In this document: positions 61,791-64,000 of the stretch, in pieces
How positions within the stretch are numbered: position 1 is the first letter of the stretch
How the letters are laid out: each line of letters begins with the position of its first letter
NCBI RefSeq assembly: GCF_006345805.1
Contig: NC_043002.1
Location: 66,774,001 to 66,838,000 of the forward strand
Source: Octopus sinensis
Taxonomy: Eukaryota
Length of the DNA: 64,000 nt
Direction: 5' to 3'
Notes under the pieces: model-generated
Databases searched by the model: none
Seen by the model: the letters and a program-made list of their open reading frames with translations, nothing else
What the model was told of the DNA's origin: nothing
Made by a program: the position numbers and the translations under genes

Positions 61791-63044
61791 TTTAATTAAA
61801 AGTAACTTAATTTTACTATATGACGTAGTTTTCTTTATATCAATTAACCAATCGGAGGCAACATTGAGCTGGCAGAATCGTTTGACTGATAGGATGCCTT
61901 TCGGTATTTATTCAGACTCGTTTTTCTCTTTAAGTGCAATTTCCACCGAGGCCGACTTTGCCTTGAAATAAAGTACCAGTTAATCACTGGGATCGATTTC
62001 ATCAATTAACCCTTTCTCTCTCCTCACCATTTGCTAGTTTTGTGTCTAAATTAATAATAATTAATCAGTCGGAGAGTGACGATCTGAAAAATCGATAGAG
62101 CATCGGACAAAATATCATGTGCTATTTCTTCCGGTTCTTTACGTTCCAATTTCAGATCTCGCTCAAATCAGCTTTACTTTTCAACCATCCGTGGTCGATA
62201 AAATAAAGTACCAGTGAAGTACTTACCAGGTCGATGGTGTTCACTAGCCCCATTCTCGTCAAGAATATTTGGTTTTTATATAGTTTCTGTTTGACCAATT
62301 TTACTTAAAAGGTATGTGCTGCTCCGAGGTTATTTTTTTTTCTTCCCAGTTGCTCAAGATGCTACGCAGCGGAATGGAAGCTGGAAGCTCTAGATTGCGA
62401 AGAGAACTTCTTAACCACCGAAACACATCATGCTTGCATGTATGGTTCGGAACAAAGCGCGCGCGCACATACTCAAACACAGTTCTCTGTATGCATAATA
62501 CATGCATGTGTCAAAGTGAGGGCCTCTCTTAGTTGATGTTCGCCAGGTTAGAAATAGCAGCAGCCAAGTTTCTCTGAAATCACACCCAGACAAGTTTATC
62601 ACAAGTCACTCGAACAACTACGTCCTATACACACAAACACACACGTCATTATTGAGTTTTATTTCAAGATTTCTTGCCAATACAGAAAGAGCCAGTTTCT
62701 AACCTAGATCCAAGACACCTCCATTGGAATTTAAACATCAACAACAGAATTTTTTGCATCTATGTATGTTTACGCGCAGATTTCTACGTTTTGTTTTATG
62801 TACGTCTACTCATGCGTTCGATACACTATAACGACACAGCAACTCAAGTGTATAAGCCTTAACAGTGAAGAGCTTCCTTGTTTTTTCTCTCCTAACATCT
62901 TCAAAAAAAAAAAACGCATGGTTGTATATCTAGACATGTTCATATATACTTAAATGATAGGATTTTTACAGTTCCAGTGATGGTTTGGATCTGTAGTCTT
63001 TGAATCAGCTTTCTCCTTTCTCGTATGTATGCATGCATGCATAG

Positions 63045-63305
63045 GACGTTGTCGCCCTCTGGCCACAAATGTGGTTTGGAAAATACAAGAGAAAGAGGAC
63101 ATCTAAGGATCATTGATAAGAAGTTTGCAAATCCAGTACCGAAGATACACTTTCTGTTTCGCACCCATTATTATTGGAGCCACAGGTATTGATGAACATG
63201 GAATTTTGGGGAGAGAATGCAAATCCTTAATTCTTACACTACAAATGATCACGATATCTGGGACTACAAAAGCCTGTAAGACGTTCTCAAGATTTATAGG
63301 ATGAT
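63045..63305 (+). mobile_element. RLE-type LINE C-terminal (restriction-like endonuclease) fragment
   Basis: PLATNVVWKIQEKEDI*GSLIRSLQIQY...PIIIGATG...LQMITISGTTKACKTF matches the K...EK..KY..L / PIIIGA.G RLE pattern. Confidence 0.65.
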
Positions 63306-63483
63306 GAGCAAAATGAGATGCTTTCCTTCATAACCTTGCTGCCAAAATTTATTCCAAACTAAAAAGAGAAAAAGAACGAACACGCACGCACGCAAGCGCC
63401 GTTTACCATCGGTCTGTTTGATCAGAGGTGACTTGAAACTAAATAACATTATCATCTTCATCACCAACAAAAACACATATATA

Positions 63484-63880
63484 GGCGCAGGAGTGGCTGT
63501 GTGGTAAGTAGCTTGTTTACCAACCACGTGGTTCCTGGTTCAGTTCCACTGCGTGACACTTTGAGCAAGTGTCTTCTACTATAGCCTCGGGCCGACCAAA
63601 GCCTTGTGAGTGGATTTGGTAGACGGAAACTGAAAGAAGCCCGTCGTATATATGTTTGTGTGTGTATATGTTTGTGTGTCTGTGTTTGTCCCTCCAACAT
63701 CGCTTGACAACCGATGCTGGTGTGCTTACGTTCCCGTAACTTAGCGGTTCGGCAAAGAGAGACCGATAGAATAAGTACTAGGCTTACAAAGAATAAGTCC
63801 TGGGGTCGATTTTCTCGACTAAAGACGATGCTCCAGCTTGGCCGCTGTCAAATGACGGAAACAAGTAAAGAGTTAAGAGT
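63484..63880 (+). mobile_element. SINE family B, full length
   Basis: ggcgcaggagtggctgtgtggtaag...gaaacaagtaaagag. Confidence 0.92.
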
Positions 63881-64000
63881 GATTTGCGCGCGCACGCATA
63901 CACACACACCACACACACACACTTTCCCCGTTTTTTTTTGTTTTTTTTTGTGCCCTAGATACGAAGTGTATTAAGTATAATCTAAAGAATATAGGGAAGT

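Overview
AT-rich, repeat-dominated eukaryotic genomic DNA. The SINE families and microsatellite density are consistent with an octopus/cephalopod, but that is inferred from recall, not from a search. No intact host gene can be established, and nearly all listed ORFs are microsatellite artefacts. Real content includes: (1) two Penelope-like retroelements (PLEs), one 5'-truncated RT+GIY-YIG copy at ~11.2-13.9 kb (+) and one long degraded copy at ~34.9-38.4 kb (-); (2) a full-length ~4 kb RTE LINE with a target-site duplication (TSD), nested inside a SINE; (3) CR1-group, RTE and RLE-type LINE fragments; (4) mariner, maT-like and hAT deletion derivatives/MITEs; (5) a 5S rRNA copy fused to a tRNA-SINE; (6) dozens of tRNA-derived SINEs; (7) a 100-N assembly gap. 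The most notable hidden layer is a set of about ten hammerhead-ribozyme (HHR) motifs from several families. These include an unusually large one downstream of the first PLE, two orphan minimal HHRs with palindromic stem III, and a repeat family carrying a consistent CUGUNGA core variant. All folds were done by eye.
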